From the NCBI GenBank assembly GCA_037441705.1, contig JBBIRR010000011.1:17678-81677 (forward strand): a stretch of 64,000 nucleotides of DNA, written 5' to 3'. Source of the stretch: Ignavibacteriales bacterium. Its GTDB lineage: Bacteria; Bacteroidota; Ignavibacteria; UBA10030; UBA6906. Positions 54,693-64,000 of the stretch are shown here, piece by piece (within the stretch, counting starts at the first letter, position 1; the number at the start of each line of letters is the position of its first letter). Both the position numbers and the translations under genes were made by a program. The notes under the pieces were generated by a model. It worked only from the letters and a program-made list of their open reading frames with translations. It searched no databases and had not been told where the DNA came from.

Positions 54693-56059
54693 AGGTTTTG
54701 CGTTGCCACGAGAATGTAGTTACCGTTCTTCGATTGATCAATGAAGACAAACTTCTTTCCGTGTTTGTCGTAGGTCCAGATTTCCTGGTATCCTGCTTGC
54801 GGATCGAGCATCCGCTCGGTTCTTGTCGGCGGGCCATAGAGGATGTAGATACGCCCGCGGTCGGTTTTGTACCCGTCGTCGCCGCGAATCGAGCTAAACT
54901 CCCGCATCGCATAGTCCACCCGCCGGTAATACTCCACCATGACCTCATTATACTCGGTCTGCGGCGTGGTGTCCTTCGCTCTCCAGAATTCTTCCAGATG
55001 CGTCAGCCGTGTGCTCTGCGAGCCTGTCTTCAGCGAGTCGAGTTCTTCGGGGCGTGTAATATGCCGCAGCGCCTCGAGGGCGAAATCAATGTCGCGCAAC
55101 GATTGCGGCATATCGGGCCACACCATTTTGAATTCGCGCTTGAGCGAAAACTCAACCTTGCCCTGTGTGATCTTCATCTGCAATGTGAACGGCCGAAGCG
55201 GAAGCTTTTCGGCTTTCAGCGGAACAACCACGGCTTGAACAGTTGGCGCAGCGGGTTGACCTGCGAGCGTGTATGACGTCGGCGTGTCGGTAAGACGTGT
55301 GGGGGAGGGGGCGCGCACAACCTGCACAGCAGGAAGGGTATCGCTCACAACCGTTGTCGGGTCTTGAAAGAGAAATCGCTGTGTCGCAATGGAGTACTCG
55401 ACCCTGACCGGGTCGGAGGTAAGGCTGGGCGACTGAAGCTGCACAAACACCGCGGCGCCCTTCCCGAAGAGCATCTCTCCGCCGAAATTGATCGGCGTTA
55501 TCACATCGGGATGCTGAGGTTCGGGCGGAAAGATAAACAGCAGGGAGGAGGTCTGCGTCGTGGTGCCGTCGAACGCCTTCGCTGTGATCCTCCGTCTGTT
55601 GTCCAGGCGTTTGCGCGTTGATTCAAGGTCATCCACTTCAAACACAACGCGATACTCTCCAGGATCCACCGTCAACGCAGCGACACCTTCATACCATCTC
55701 TTCTGCTCCGGTACTCTCTCGGGATTCATTTCGCCGATCTCGATACGTCGTATCTCGCGAGCTTTGGAGATATCCTTCTCGTCGAACAATTCTACCAACA
55801 CCTCGCCGCGCCGCACGAACGGATAGGGGATGTCCGGATTCGTGTTGCGCACCGCGACGAAGAACTGTGTGTCGATGCGATAGAGAATGTCCACACGGGA
55901 CTTCCCCGGCACATCGGCGGCGAAGTTGATGGCTTCCAGGAAATACGACATCTGCTCGCCCGCCTGTACTTCCGGCGGCTGCGGCATTTGCATCGGCTGC
56001 TGTGCTTGGGCCACCAACGTCGCGAGTGTTAGTACCGATACTGCAAGAATCTGCTTCAT
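54689..56059 (-). CDS. GWxTD domain-containing exported protein
   Basis: Signal peptide; C-terminal FW...DTTPQTEYNE...YYRRV...GYKTDRGRIYILYGPP...EIWTY. Confidence 0.88.
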   Translation of the reverse strand: MKQILAVSVLTLATLVAQAQQPMQMPQPPEVQAGEQMSYFLEAINFAADVPGKSRVDILYRIDTQFFVAVRNTNPDIPYPFVRRGEVLVELFDEKDISKAREIRRIEIGEMNPERVPEQKRWYEGVAALTVDPGEYRVVFEVDDLESTRKRLDNRRRITAKAFDGTTTQTSSLLFIFPPEPQHPDVITPINFGGEMLFGKGAAVFVQLQSPSLTSDPVRVEYSIATQRFLFQDPTTVVSDTLPAVQVVRAPSPTRLTDTPTSYTLAGQPAAPTVQAVVVPLKAEKLPLRPFTLQMKITQGKVEFSLKREFKMVWPDMPQSLRDIDFALEALRHITRPEELDSLKTGSQSTRLTHLEEFWRAKDTTPQTEYNEVMVEYYRRVDYAMREFSSIRGDDGYKTDRGRIYILYGPPTRTERMLDPQAGYQEIWTYDKHGKKFVFIDQSKNGNYILVATQNL

Positions 56060-57609
56060 CGCCCGTCTCCTTTCCAATCCGTTCGTGTCTTCGCCCATGT
56101 TCTCAGGAATTCGGACAACAATCGCACGCCCACGCCCGATGCTCCTTTGGGAACGTAGTCGAGTGCCTCGTTCAAGATTGCGGTGCCCGCAATATCCAGA
56201 TGCACCCACTTGTAGTTGCCAATAAAGCGCTTCAGGAACAGGGCCGCCGTGATGGCTCCAGCTGGCCTGCCGCCCGAGTTCTTGACGTCGGCAATGTCGC
56301 TCTTGATTTGCTTCTCGTACTCCTCATACAGCGGAAGCTGCCACACGCGTTCGTACGTTCGTTCGCCCGCCGCTCGCAGCGCATCCATCACGCCTTGGTC
56401 GTTGCCCATCATACCGGTGACGTGATGGCCGAGTCCTACAACCACGTGGCCGGTGAGCGTAGCAAGATCAATCACCAGCTCGGGCGCGAAGCGTGATGCG
56501 TACGAAAGCGCGTCGGCAAGAATCAAGCGGCCTTCAGCATCCGTGTTGTCTACTTCCGATGTTTTTTTGTTTAGATGAACGATCACATCACCGGGTTTCA
56601 TCGCCGCTCCGCCGAGAAGGTTTTCGACGGCAGGGACGAGGCCGATGACGCGGAGCGGCAGTTTCAGGCGCGCAGCGACACCGAGCGTGGCAATGACTGC
56701 CGCCGCGCCGGCCATATCCATCTTCATCTCACTCATGCCCGTAGCGGGTTTGATGGAGATGCCGCCCGCGTCGAACGTCACTCCCTTGCCGACCAACACG
56801 ATTGTCGAGGCCGGACGACGCGACGGTCTGTAGTCCATGATGATAAACCGCGGCGGCCGAGCGCTTCCCTGCGCAACGGCAAGCACGCCGCCCATCTTCA
56901 GTCGCTTGATCTGCTGTTCATCCAACACCGTCACGCGAAAGCCATACTCTCGGCCCGCACGCCGTGCGTGTTGTGCCAGCGATTCGGGATAGAGGGCATT
57001 GGGGGGTTCGTTCGCAAGATCCCGCGCAAGGCAGGTTGCTTCCGTTGTGATGTCGGCGAACGCCGCACCGTTCTTCATCGCGCGCATGCGTGAAGCGTCG
57101 CGGCACAAGATTTCCGCTCGTCGCAGCGTTGGCGTTTTCTGATTTTCGCTTGTGAAGTATTTGGGGAACGAATAGAGGGACAACCTCACACCTTCCACAA
57201 GCACCTGTCCGATCATCTGCCAGTCCTTTCCCCAGTCGAGCCGCATGAAGGCCTGCGGTTCCGGTTCGGCAATCGCAAGATGCTGCGCCTTGAGGGAGTT
57301 CGCCGTCTTCGCGGCGGTGGCTGCGGCACGACGAAGGCGCTCCGGAGTGAGTTTCTCCGGCGTTCCTAATCCCACCAATACCAATCTCGCTCGATGTTCA
57401 GAAGGAAAGAGAGAGAGCGTTTCCTGAAGCGTGCCGTTGAACAGGCCGGGTCGGAGCGCAGGCGTGATACTCGGAAAGTGGGATTTCAGAAAACGTACTT
57501 GCGACGTGAAAAGCTCTTTACCGGAGTCCTTATTCTCGAAGATGAAGAAGGCGACGGCGTCAGCCTCTGTTTTCTCGAGTGGGGTTCGTGTGACGTGAAC
57601 GGATACCAT
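56056..57609 (-). CDS. pepA: Leucyl aminopeptidase (M17)
   Basis: Motifs VGKGVTFDAGG, MKMDMAG, NTDAEGRLILAD, ATLTG and HLDIAG. Confidence 0.95.
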   Translation of the reverse strand: MVSVHVTRTPLEKTEADAVAFFIFENKDSGKELFTSQVRFLKSHFPSITPALRPGLFNGTLQETLSLFPSEHRARLVLVGLGTPEKLTPERLRRAAATAAKTANSLKAQHLAIAEPEPQAFMRLDWGKDWQMIGQVLVEGVRLSLYSFPKYFTSENQKTPTLRRAEILCRDASRMRAMKNGAAFADITTEATCLARDLANEPPNALYPESLAQHARRAGREYGFRVTVLDEQQIKRLKMGGVLAVAQGSARPPRFIIMDYRPSRRPASTIVLVGKGVTFDAGGISIKPATGMSEMKMDMAGAAAVIATLGVAARLKLPLRVIGLVPAVENLLGGAAMKPGDVIVHLNKKTSEVDNTDAEGRLILADALSYASRFAPELVIDLATLTGHVVVGLGHHVTGMMGNDQGVMDALRAAGERTYERVWQLPLYEEYEKQIKSDIADVKNSGGRPAGAITAALFLKRFIGNYKWVHLDIAGTAILNEALDYVPKGASGVGVRLLSEFLRTWAKTRTDWKGDGR

Positions 57610-57624
57610 GATGCACAATCAAAT

Positions 57625-58662
57625 CTATTGCTGAACGTACTTGCCTGCTGCTTGCAGAACCTTGTGCCGTATTTCATCGAGTGAGCAGTTGTAGAGCCGT
57701 GCGCCTGCAGCGTTCTTGTGTCCGTTGCCGCCGAACTCTTTCGCAAGTTCGTTGATGGGGATATCGCCTTTGGAGCGAAAGCTGATTTTCACGCCATCCT
57801 TCAGCTCGAGGAACAGAATTCCTGCCACCACGCCGGCGACGTTCATCGGATACACAGTGAAGTTGTCGGTATCCACTTCGGTGGTGTTGGTCTGCCTCAA
57901 GTTCTCCTGCGTGACCGTGATGTGGGCGAGCTTGCCGTTGTATTCCGTTTTCAGGCTGGCGAGGGCATCGCCCAACAACTGAATGCGACCGGCCGTCCAT
58001 TGCTCATAGACTTGATGGTAGATGTCCACGGGGTCTGCGCCGCATTCGATCAGGTGGGCGACAATGCGATGCGTCTCCGCATCCACGCGCGGATAACGGA
58101 ACGATCCGGTGTCGGTCATGATCGCGCAGTACAATGCCCGGGCAATAATAGGCGAAAAGGGATGAGGATCAACGTGCGTGAGCAAACGGTAGATGATCTC
58201 CCCGGTCGAAGTCGCATCATCGTCAAGGATGTAGTGCCGGGCAAATGGGTGCGGATCAAGATGATGATCAATGCACACTTTGACGGCGGAGCTTGAAAGC
58301 ACATGGCGCTCCATCGAGCGCAGCCTGTCTGTATGATTCGTGTCCATAACGATGATAACGTCGGCGTGTGCAATCGTCGCCGCGTCCTGCGCCTCGTCGA
58401 ATTTCCGGATGCGCTTGTTCGGGTCGAGAAAGAGATAGAAATCCGGCGTTGCGCTGTGGTTGAGGATGACGGCCTGCTTCCCGCGGGCGATCAGCCATTC
58501 GGCAAGAGCGACTTCCGAGCCGAGTCCATCGCCGTCGGGATTTACGTGCGTGGTAAGAATAAACGTGTGATGGTGATTGAAGAGTTGAGCGACTGCTTCG
58601 AGTGCCTGCTGCATCCACGAGTTCAGAGAATTGTCCGATTGAATGTGAAGCAATATACTCAT
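57625..58662 (-). CDS. nrnA: DHH-family bifunctional oligoribonuclease/PAP phosphatase (start uncertain, alternative 58614)
   Basis: Motifs HVNPDGDGLGS, IDHH, TDTGSF, SFRS and GGNGHKNAAG. Confidence 0.92.
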   Translation of the reverse strand: MSILLHIQSDNSLNSWMQQALEAVAQLFNHHHTFILTTHVNPDGDGLGSEVALAEWLIARGKQAVILNHSATPDFYLFLDPNKRIRKFDEAQDAATIAHADVIIVMDTNHTDRLRSMERHVLSSSAVKVCIDHHLDPHPFARHYILDDDATSTGEIIYRLLTHVDPHPFSPIIARALYCAIMTDTGSFRYPRVDAETHRIVAHLIECGADPVDIYHQVYEQWTAGRIQLLGDALASLKTEYNGKLAHITVTQENLRQTNTTEVDTDNFTVYPMNVAGVVAGILFLELKDGVKISFRSKGDIPINELAKEFGGNGHKNAAGARLYNCSLDEIRHKVLQAAGKYVQQ

Positions 58663-58766
58663 TGCACACACAACAAGAAAGAGGAACTCGCCCAACGCCC
58701 GCCGGTGTTAGTATTGGTGGAAGTTTCGTTACGTCAGTGCATGTTTGACAACGACAGGAGGGACGT

Positions 58767-59165
58767 ATGAAACACCGCCCACTTCTTTTGCTTGCAGTTC
58801 TCCTCATGTTATTCGGGGTCGCCTGTCAGACTTCGACAGAGGTTCAAGACCCCCAGATTCAATTTCATACCTCGGTCGTCGCAACAGCGACGCTTTCCAA
58901 ACCCTTCGATGAATCGCGGATGTACCACTACAAGTATGCAGAAGTGGACCCCGATTCTGTGCTGATGGAATTGTGGATGTCGGGCGTACCGGTTGTGCAG
59001 GGGCTGCTTCCTCTGGACAACATGTGCATGGACCCGGTTGGGCCGCGATTCACCGTCGAACTCGAGAAAACCGATGCTCGAGTCGAAAAGTTTGATTTCT
59101 TGCCGGGAAGCGGAAGACTGCTGTGCGCGACGAAGGTTCGTACCTACCGAATCGTTCCTCGATAG
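58767..59165 (+). CDS. Hypothetical lipoprotein
   Basis: SD GGAGG, lipobox FGVAC, and two further Cys residues. Confidence 0.7.
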   Translation: MKHRPLLLLAVLLMLFGVACQTSTEVQDPQIQFHTSVVATATLSKPFDESRMYHYKYAEVDPDSVLMELWMSGVPVVQGLLPLDNMCMDPVGPRFTVELEKTDARVEKFDFLPGSGRLLCATKVRTYRIVPR

Positions 59166-59202
59166 GTAGCTGAAATGGTGAGAGGCAGGAAGCCTGTGCA
59201 TC

Positions 59203-59242
59203 AAAACGCCAAGGCCGCTCGCACGCCTGCGGGCAGCCTTGG
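59203..59242. terminator. Hairpin between convergent genes
   Basis: Stem CCAAGGCCGCTCGCA / TGCGGGCAGCCTTGG, preceded by AAAA (T-tail on the minus strand). Confidence 0.55.
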
Positions 59243-59314
59243 TTGCTTATGATGTGGAGTGAGCAAAAGGATTCTTGGTGTGGATTTCAAGTTGCCATCA
59301 GCTATATCGGTACC

Positions 59315-59668
59315 CTACTTCCTCAAAATCTTCTCCATCGGTCTGCCCTTCGCCAATTCATCAATCAACTTATCCAAGTAACGGACTCGCTGTATGACCT
59401 TGTCTTCTATTTCTTCCACTCGATACCCGCAGATGACGCCCGTAATCTTTGAAGCATTGGGATTGAAATGCGGTGCCTTCGTGAAGAATGTTTCGAGATC
59501 CGTTTTCTTTTCTATCTGCTGCTGCAACGTCCGTTTGTCATATCCTGTAAGCCAGAAGATGATTTCATCCACTTCCTTCTTCGTGCGACCTTTCCTTTCC
59601 GCCTTCTGGATGTAATGCGGATAGACACTTGCAAACGGCATTCTATACACTCGAGTATTGTCTTTCAT
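59315..59668 (-). CDS. DUF2200 family protein
   Basis: Motifs FASVYPHY...[24 protein letters not shown] and [13 protein letters not shown]. Confidence 0.9.
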   Translation of the reverse strand: MKDNTRVYRMPFASVYPHYIQKAERKGRTKKEVDEIIFWLTGYDKRTLQQQIEKKTDLETFFTKAPHFNPNASKITGVICGYRVEEIEDKVIQRVRYLDKLIDELAKGRPMEKILRK

Positions 59669-59750
59669 ACCTTTTGGGTACTTAGTAGATTCTCGTAAGG
59701 ATTTCTTGCGTTCAGGGAGAACTCAGCAGCGCCGGCTGCTTATCACCTCA

Positions 59751-60206
59751 TCATTCGTCCCGCATGAGCATCCGCTCAGGCGACGCGGTTTCGATGTTAT
59801 GTGGACTTATCCAGAATGTGAACGGTCCCCAACTGAATGGTTTGGTGATGAACTTACCGCTGAGCGCGACACTGGTATCCCAATTCTGAACCTTCATGAT
59901 ACCAACGAAGAGTGTATCCCAAGTCCATTGATGCGTATCGCTCGCGTAGATCACTGATGATGTACCGCTGTCGGCACGCATTTCAACGTTTCCGGAAAAC
60001 ACCAGAACGTTGTTGCTTGCCGGGACTTCAAATGTCTCGCCGGTGAGTGCAAACGCTTCTCCGATATATCCGGAATCCGGCGTGCAAGTCAGAGTCGGTT
60101 GGGCAACAGGAGTCGACGTAGGAACCGTCTTGCCCATATCAATGCACCCGATTGCCGGCAGCAACAGAATCGGGACTAACCCGAAAACGTGTGCTAGTGT
60201 GTTCAT
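59751..60206 (-). CDS. Lipoprotein with incomplete IPT/TIG-like domain (possibly internally deleted)
   Basis: SD GGAGG, lipobox AIGC, and TIG-like PDSGYIG...LTGETF...NNVLVFSG. The pattern breaks after VIYA. Confidence 0.55.
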   Translation of the reverse strand: MNTLAHVFGLVPILLLPAIGCIDMGKTVPTSTPVAQPTLTCTPDSGYIGEAFALTGETFEVPASNNVLVFSGNVEMRADSGTSSVIYASDTHQWTWDTLFVGIMKVQNWDTSVALSGKFITKPFSWGPFTFWISPHNIETASPERMLMRDE

Positions 60207-60314
60207 GGCAACCTCCGTGTGTAATGGTGTGCGCGAGCATGAGTTTGCGCGCCGCTCGCGTCCGCCAGATGCCGAAGATCCCGATTTATGTCGGGAGTGA
60301 CTGCGTTTGGGTGG

Positions 60315-60774
60315 CTACCGAATCTCAAAGGAATTCGATACCAGGTTCAAAGACGTATCTGCTCGCTCAACGTAGACCGTGACCGTCAGGCGAAACGTCC
60401 CGGTGGAGTAGAACGTTTCAGCCGGCAGCCAATGTGCAAAAGTCGCGTTCATCTTGACGGTCTGGGGAACAGTCATGCACCGCAGCGACATGTATGGGAA
60501 CCATAGATTTGTCGCTCCAACCCTCATTCTCACGTTTCTGATAGAACATCTCAAGATACCACCCGCATCGTAAACCAACTGTTATATCAGACCGAGAGTT
60601 GTTCGAGAGTGATAGTCGGATAGTGTCGGATGGGGCGTACGATGTTCTGTCCGTCGTAAAGCGGAGTTCTTCTGATGGTGTGATCGGCTGTGTGGACTGA
60701 TTCGCGCAGCCAACAACCTGCAGGAGGACGAACGGCACGATCAGTCTCACGGTCGTTACAATGCGTGATTTCAT
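60315..60774 (-). pseudogene. Frameshifted Ig-like lipoprotein gene
   Basis: Lipobox VVGC. N-half TTDRTSY...EGWSD and C-half NLWFPY...GTFRL...SNSFEIR join if one A is removed from GACAAATCTA (plus strand ttt 60508-60510). Confidence 0.75.
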
Positions 60775-60833
60775 GACGCTGCGCTCCTCTGATTGGTATA
60801 TAACGATTTCTCTCTTCAGTTGCACAAAATTGT

Positions 60834-60913
60834 GGCTAACGCTCAGCATTGGCCGCCACCCCCGCGCAGCGACTGTTTGCTCGAAGCGCTCGATGTTTCG
60901 GCCGCCCATAGGC
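60834..60913 (-). mobile_element. Degenerate attC-like site
   Basis: Starts 2 nt after a stop codon (GCCTATG instead of GCCTAAC) and ends GCGGCCAATGCTGAGCGTTAGCC on the minus strand, like an attC 3' half with an intact GTT core. Confidence 0.4.
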
Positions 60914-60915
60914 AG

Positions 60916-61812
60916 CTATCGCGCCACCGTTGCAATCACATCGGACTTTCCATCTGCCGAGACTTTCCTCACACGCGGCACCCACCGGTCTTCCTTCTCG
61001 GCGTGGAAGTACTCAAGCACACAGATATCGGAACCGAAGAGTGCAACTGCTGTCGGTGACCATGGAGGCTCGCACTGGACCAGCTTGGTGATGCGTCCCT
61101 CCGGGGTGATTTTCAGCAGGCTGCCGCATCCGCTGGCCGCCACGTAGATCACTCCGTTTGCATCGACACTCAGCCCCCGAAGGTGGGGGCCCTCACTCTG
61201 TGAGTTGCCCGGAATTGCCACGCAACCCGGGACCTGTACGTTGCTAACGACCGTCTCGACCTTACCCTGCAATGTAACGCGTCGAATAGAACTGTTCTCC
61301 GTGAAGTACAGGTGGCCGTCGGCGCCGCCGGTCAATCCGTTCAGCCACTGCAGCGGCGTGCCGCTTGCAGTTGTTGCGGGTAGTGTTACGATGGTTGCCG
61401 GCAAACCGCCCGGCGACGCACGCATGATCTGCACTCGACCACTCCTCGCAACCGATGGATAGTAGAGATTGCCGTCTCGCCCCATCGCGATCGGATAATC
61501 GCTTGCGATGAGCAGCGTGGGACTTTCACCCACGGCCGCAACGTCACGCGGAAGTGTGGCGCCGGCGAAGCGATTGTCCTGATCCAGTGTCATCCAGTGG
61601 AAGCGATCTCCTCCGACATGGATCAACGACCCGCGGGTGTCGATCTTCCAGAGTCCGGCGCCCGTGTCCATGAACCAGATCTGGCCCAGCCGATCGACGA
61701 CGATGCCAGAGCCTGGATGTGCCTGCGCGAGTGTCGCTGCAAAAAGCGCAACGGCAGCAGCGATGACCACGGTGAAGTTCCTACGATGGGTTCGTATTGG
61801 TTGGGATTTCAT
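60916..61812 (-). CDS. Secreted NHL/SMP-30-like beta-propeller protein
   Basis: Signal peptide ending AQA. Repeats GIVVDRLGQIWFMD, AMGRDGNLYY, GADGHLYFTE and GLSVDANGVIYVA. Confidence 0.8.
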   Translation of the reverse strand: MKSQPIRTHRRNFTVVIAAAVALFAATLAQAHPGSGIVVDRLGQIWFMDTGAGLWKIDTRGSLIHVGGDRFHWMTLDQDNRFAGATLPRDVAAVGESPTLLIASDYPIAMGRDGNLYYPSVARSGRVQIMRASPGGLPATIVTLPATTASGTPLQWLNGLTGGADGHLYFTENSSIRRVTLQGKVETVVSNVQVPGCVAIPGNSQSEGPHLRGLSVDANGVIYVAASGCGSLLKITPEGRITKLVQCEPPWSPTAVALFGSDICVLEYFHAEKEDRWVPRVRKVSADGKSDVIATVAR

Positions 61813-61952
61813 GTTACGCTCTATTGAGGGTTCGATCGCCGGATTGTGTTTGACATGTAGCCTCTGCGCGCTACACTTTGCAGAGCGCGCCCGTTGTTGA
61901 AACCATTGAACGCAGCCCCGGAAGGTTTCACTGAACAGAGCTATGATGGTGT

Positions 61953-62011
61953 GACTAAGGCCTTGTGGCTTCAGCGACGCCCCTTCGGTCGGGTTGAGCC
62001 GCTGGTTTGCC
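61953..62011 (-). mobile_element. Degenerate attC-like site
   Basis: Minus strand GGCAAAC-CAGCGGCTCAACCCGAC...GTCGCTGAAGCCACAAGGC-CTTAGTC, an imperfect palindrome starting 2 nt after a TAG. The core GTT is mutated to CTT. Confidence 0.45.
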
Positions 62012-62514
62012 AGCTAGGGCGAAAGCAAATAGCAAATAACCAACACCCACTGCCGCCGCCACGATTGACACATAGAACATTGAAGTCTTCTCTGACGTGC
62101 TGATCCTTTGAATATTATCGGCCAAGATGGTGCCTTCAAACGACTCGAACCTTGACTCACCTTGCCGATAAAGTTTCCCTTTTCCCCGAAGTACACGCTG
62201 TCGAGTCGAGGAGAATCGCTCGAAAAGATCCAGTTAACGAGAGGACAATCAGACCTATAACATAGATAGAGCCATATTGCATGAGTGAACTGCTATTCTT
62301 GTGCATTGGTGGGTGAATTGCCACGTTCCTTGTTTCAAGTATGTTGCACCGACAATCTGCCGCCAATTTACAAAACGGCTCAACGGCTGTCAAGAAACCT
62401 TTCAACGCGATTTTCACCTGAGGCAACGAATCACCGTTCGAGTAGGTTTTCTCGTGAGGCAATAAGGCAATCCCATCGTAATCGAGATCGTCTCTTGTCG
62501 CAGGGAACCAAACC

Positions 62515-63339
62515 TCACCCTGCGTGTCTCCTCCGTCTCGCCTCATACAGCATCACGGCGCTTGCGCTTGCAACGTTGAGCGAGTCCATCGCATTGTGCA
62601 TCGGGATGCAGACGCGAGAGCTTGCAGCGTTCTCGACCTCCGCCGAAACGCCGGAGTCCTCGTTGCCGAAGACGATGCAGATGTTTCCCGAGAGTTCCGC
62701 GTCGTGGAGTGTTTGCGCGGCGTGAGCATCGGCAACGATGATGCGTGTCCCATACTGCTGCTTCAGCCACGTGAGCGATTGCGCGAGATGCTCCACGTGC
62801 ACAACCGGCACGACAAACACCCCGCCCATCGAATTCCGAACCGCGCGCCGCAGATACGGACTTGCTGAAGTTGAAGAGACGATGACAGCGTCAACGCCGA
62901 ATCCGGCGCAGTTGCGCATGACCACGCCCACGTTCTCGGCATGAACCAGCCCATCAAGCGCAACGAACAGATGCGGAGAGCGAAGCGACGCAACAGTCTC
63001 CGACAATGGGCGTTCCCGCGGCACTTTTCCGACGGCCATGATGCCTTGATGCAAAGGGAAGCCGACGATGGTTTCCAACAAGTTCTTCTTCGCAACAAAA
63101 ATTTCTGCTTCACCTAATCGCTGCACAGCGATCGCGGGAATGACGGCGTCGAACCATTCCGGCGTCAGAAGAAGAGAGAGGACAGGCCAGTCGGAGGCAA
63201 GGAACCGTCGCACAACTTTCTCGCCCTCTGCCACAAAAATTCCCTGCTTCAGATGTTCCTGCGGGCGACGCAGCGTTCGGTAGGGTTGAAGCTGCGGAAC
63301 GTCAAGCGTGTCAACATGGTGAATCCGCAATGCACTCAT
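62515..63339 (-). CDS. TrmH/SpoU-family RNA methyltransferase
   Basis: Motifs FVAEG, HQG, ENVGVVMR, RRAVRNSMG, FGNEDSG, IPM and DSLNV; ATGA overlap with the upstream gene. Confidence 0.92.
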   Translation of the reverse strand: MSALRIHHVDTLDVPQLQPYRTLRRPQEHLKQGIFVAEGEKVVRRFLASDWPVLSLLLTPEWFDAVIPAIAVQRLGEAEIFVAKKNLLETIVGFPLHQGIMAVGKVPRERPLSETVASLRSPHLFVALDGLVHAENVGVVMRNCAGFGVDAVIVSSTSASPYLRRAVRNSMGGVFVVPVVHVEHLAQSLTWLKQQYGTRIIVADAHAAQTLHDAELSGNICIVFGNEDSGVSAEVENAASSRVCIPMHNAMDSLNVASASAVMLYEARRRRHAG

Positions 63340-64000
63340 ACCGTCTCTGCAAATGACTCGATGTTCTTCGTGGAATACGGAATCTTGCCGAGCGAGAACA
63401 AGAGGGTGTGCAGCACGAGGAACAGGACAATCGGATACAACTCGTACACGTCGCGCAGTTCCACAATCACGCCGCCCCACATCACCAACAGTCCGAAAGG
63501 AAGAGCTACCGCCAGCGAGCGGCGTAGCACGGGATGCTTGTTTGCAAAGTCATGAACGATCAGCCACAACAGCAGCACGCCGACGATCAGCGTTACCACC
63601 CCGTATCCGCTCAGAAGGATGTGGAGATTGAGGTAGAGATGAAAGTCGAGCAGGTTCCCCGGGTTGTCGGCAAAAACAATGAAGAGTATGAGCTTGATGA
63701 TGCCGAAGAGAAGAAGCTGTGCCCCGGTGTGGGCGAGAACGCTTCTGGTTGGGAGATGATTTCGAAACAGAATCAAGAAAAGAAACGTCAGCAACACCAT
63801 CGTTTCCTTGTTGAGGCAACCGAGAAAGAAGATGGGGTAGAAAAGCAACCATCGTTGTTGCACCAGGAGCAGAAGTCCCAGCGTAAAGAAGAACAACGTT
63901 GGAAAGTCGTAGATGTAATGCGGTCCGGTCGGGAAGATCGGTGGCAGCGCAAGCAGCGCGATGATGGGAACGAGGTTGCTGACGCGCGGCTCGGTCTCGT
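63336..64000 (-). CDS. Multi-pass membrane protein, 5'-truncated by the window edge (possibly GT-C-like)
   Basis: Frame is open to the window end; hydrophobic, with YIYDFP, LNKET and ELRDVYE motifs. Confidence 0.6.
   Translation of the reverse strand, partial: ETEPRVSNLVPIIALLALPPIFPTGPHYIYDFPTLFFFTLGLLLLVQQRWLLFYPIFFLGCLNKETMVLLTFLFLILFRNHLPTRSVLAHTGAQLLLFGIIKLILFIVFADNPGNLLDFHLYLNLHILLSGYGVVTLIVGVLLLWLIVHDFANKHPVLRRSLAVALPFGLLVMWGGVIVELRDVYELYPIVLFLVLHTLLFSLGKIPYSTKNIESFAETV

Noticed and set aside
62014-62546. Two short minus-strand ORFs (60 and 129 aa)
   Set aside because: No recognisable family, overlapping frames and low GC; treated only as possible cassette debris, not as genes.

Overview
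A gene-dense, GC-rich bacterial chromosome segment. It most likely comes from an Ignavibacteria/Chlorobi-like diderm. This is an inference from the PorV/PorQ-family gene, GWxTD protein, DUF3109, dimeric GlyRS, MqnD, clear SD sites and TTGCAN-N17-TAYNTT promoters. No rRNA, tRNA, CRISPR array, transposase or integrase was seen. Contents in order: (1) an alpha-glucan locus with a maltosyltransferase-like GH13 lacking two normally invariant residues, MalEFG-type ABC parts, an exported debranching enzyme and a CBM48-like esterase; (2) udk, a receiver protein, and an uppP-Gx/EetB-NusG-II/EetA-apbE-ecfA-ecfA' operon with a convergent ecfT, resembling a complete Listeria-type flavin export/flavinylation module with asymmetric ATPase sites; (3) queE-queC-fumA-META-ferritin-CNG channel; (4) the best candidate for an undescribed system, a four-gene operon (24288-29161) encoding a divergent GldL/PorL-like and GldM/PorM-like proton-motor pair followed by two paralogous predicted outer-membrane beta-barrel proteins instead of GldK/GldN; (5) housekeeping genes (hslUV, rpoN, dprA, an orphan BMC vertex gene, glmM-like, amrAB, rmlA, crt, glyQS, rpmE, rsmB, kbl, apbC, ftsE, pdxA, pepA, nrnA); (6) a small accessory island (about 59.2-62.5 kb) of co-oriented, partly broken genes separated by decayed attC-like palindromes. 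All calls come from motif recognition by eye; no searches were run. Several start codons were refined from the ORF track using SD sites and ATGA overlaps.
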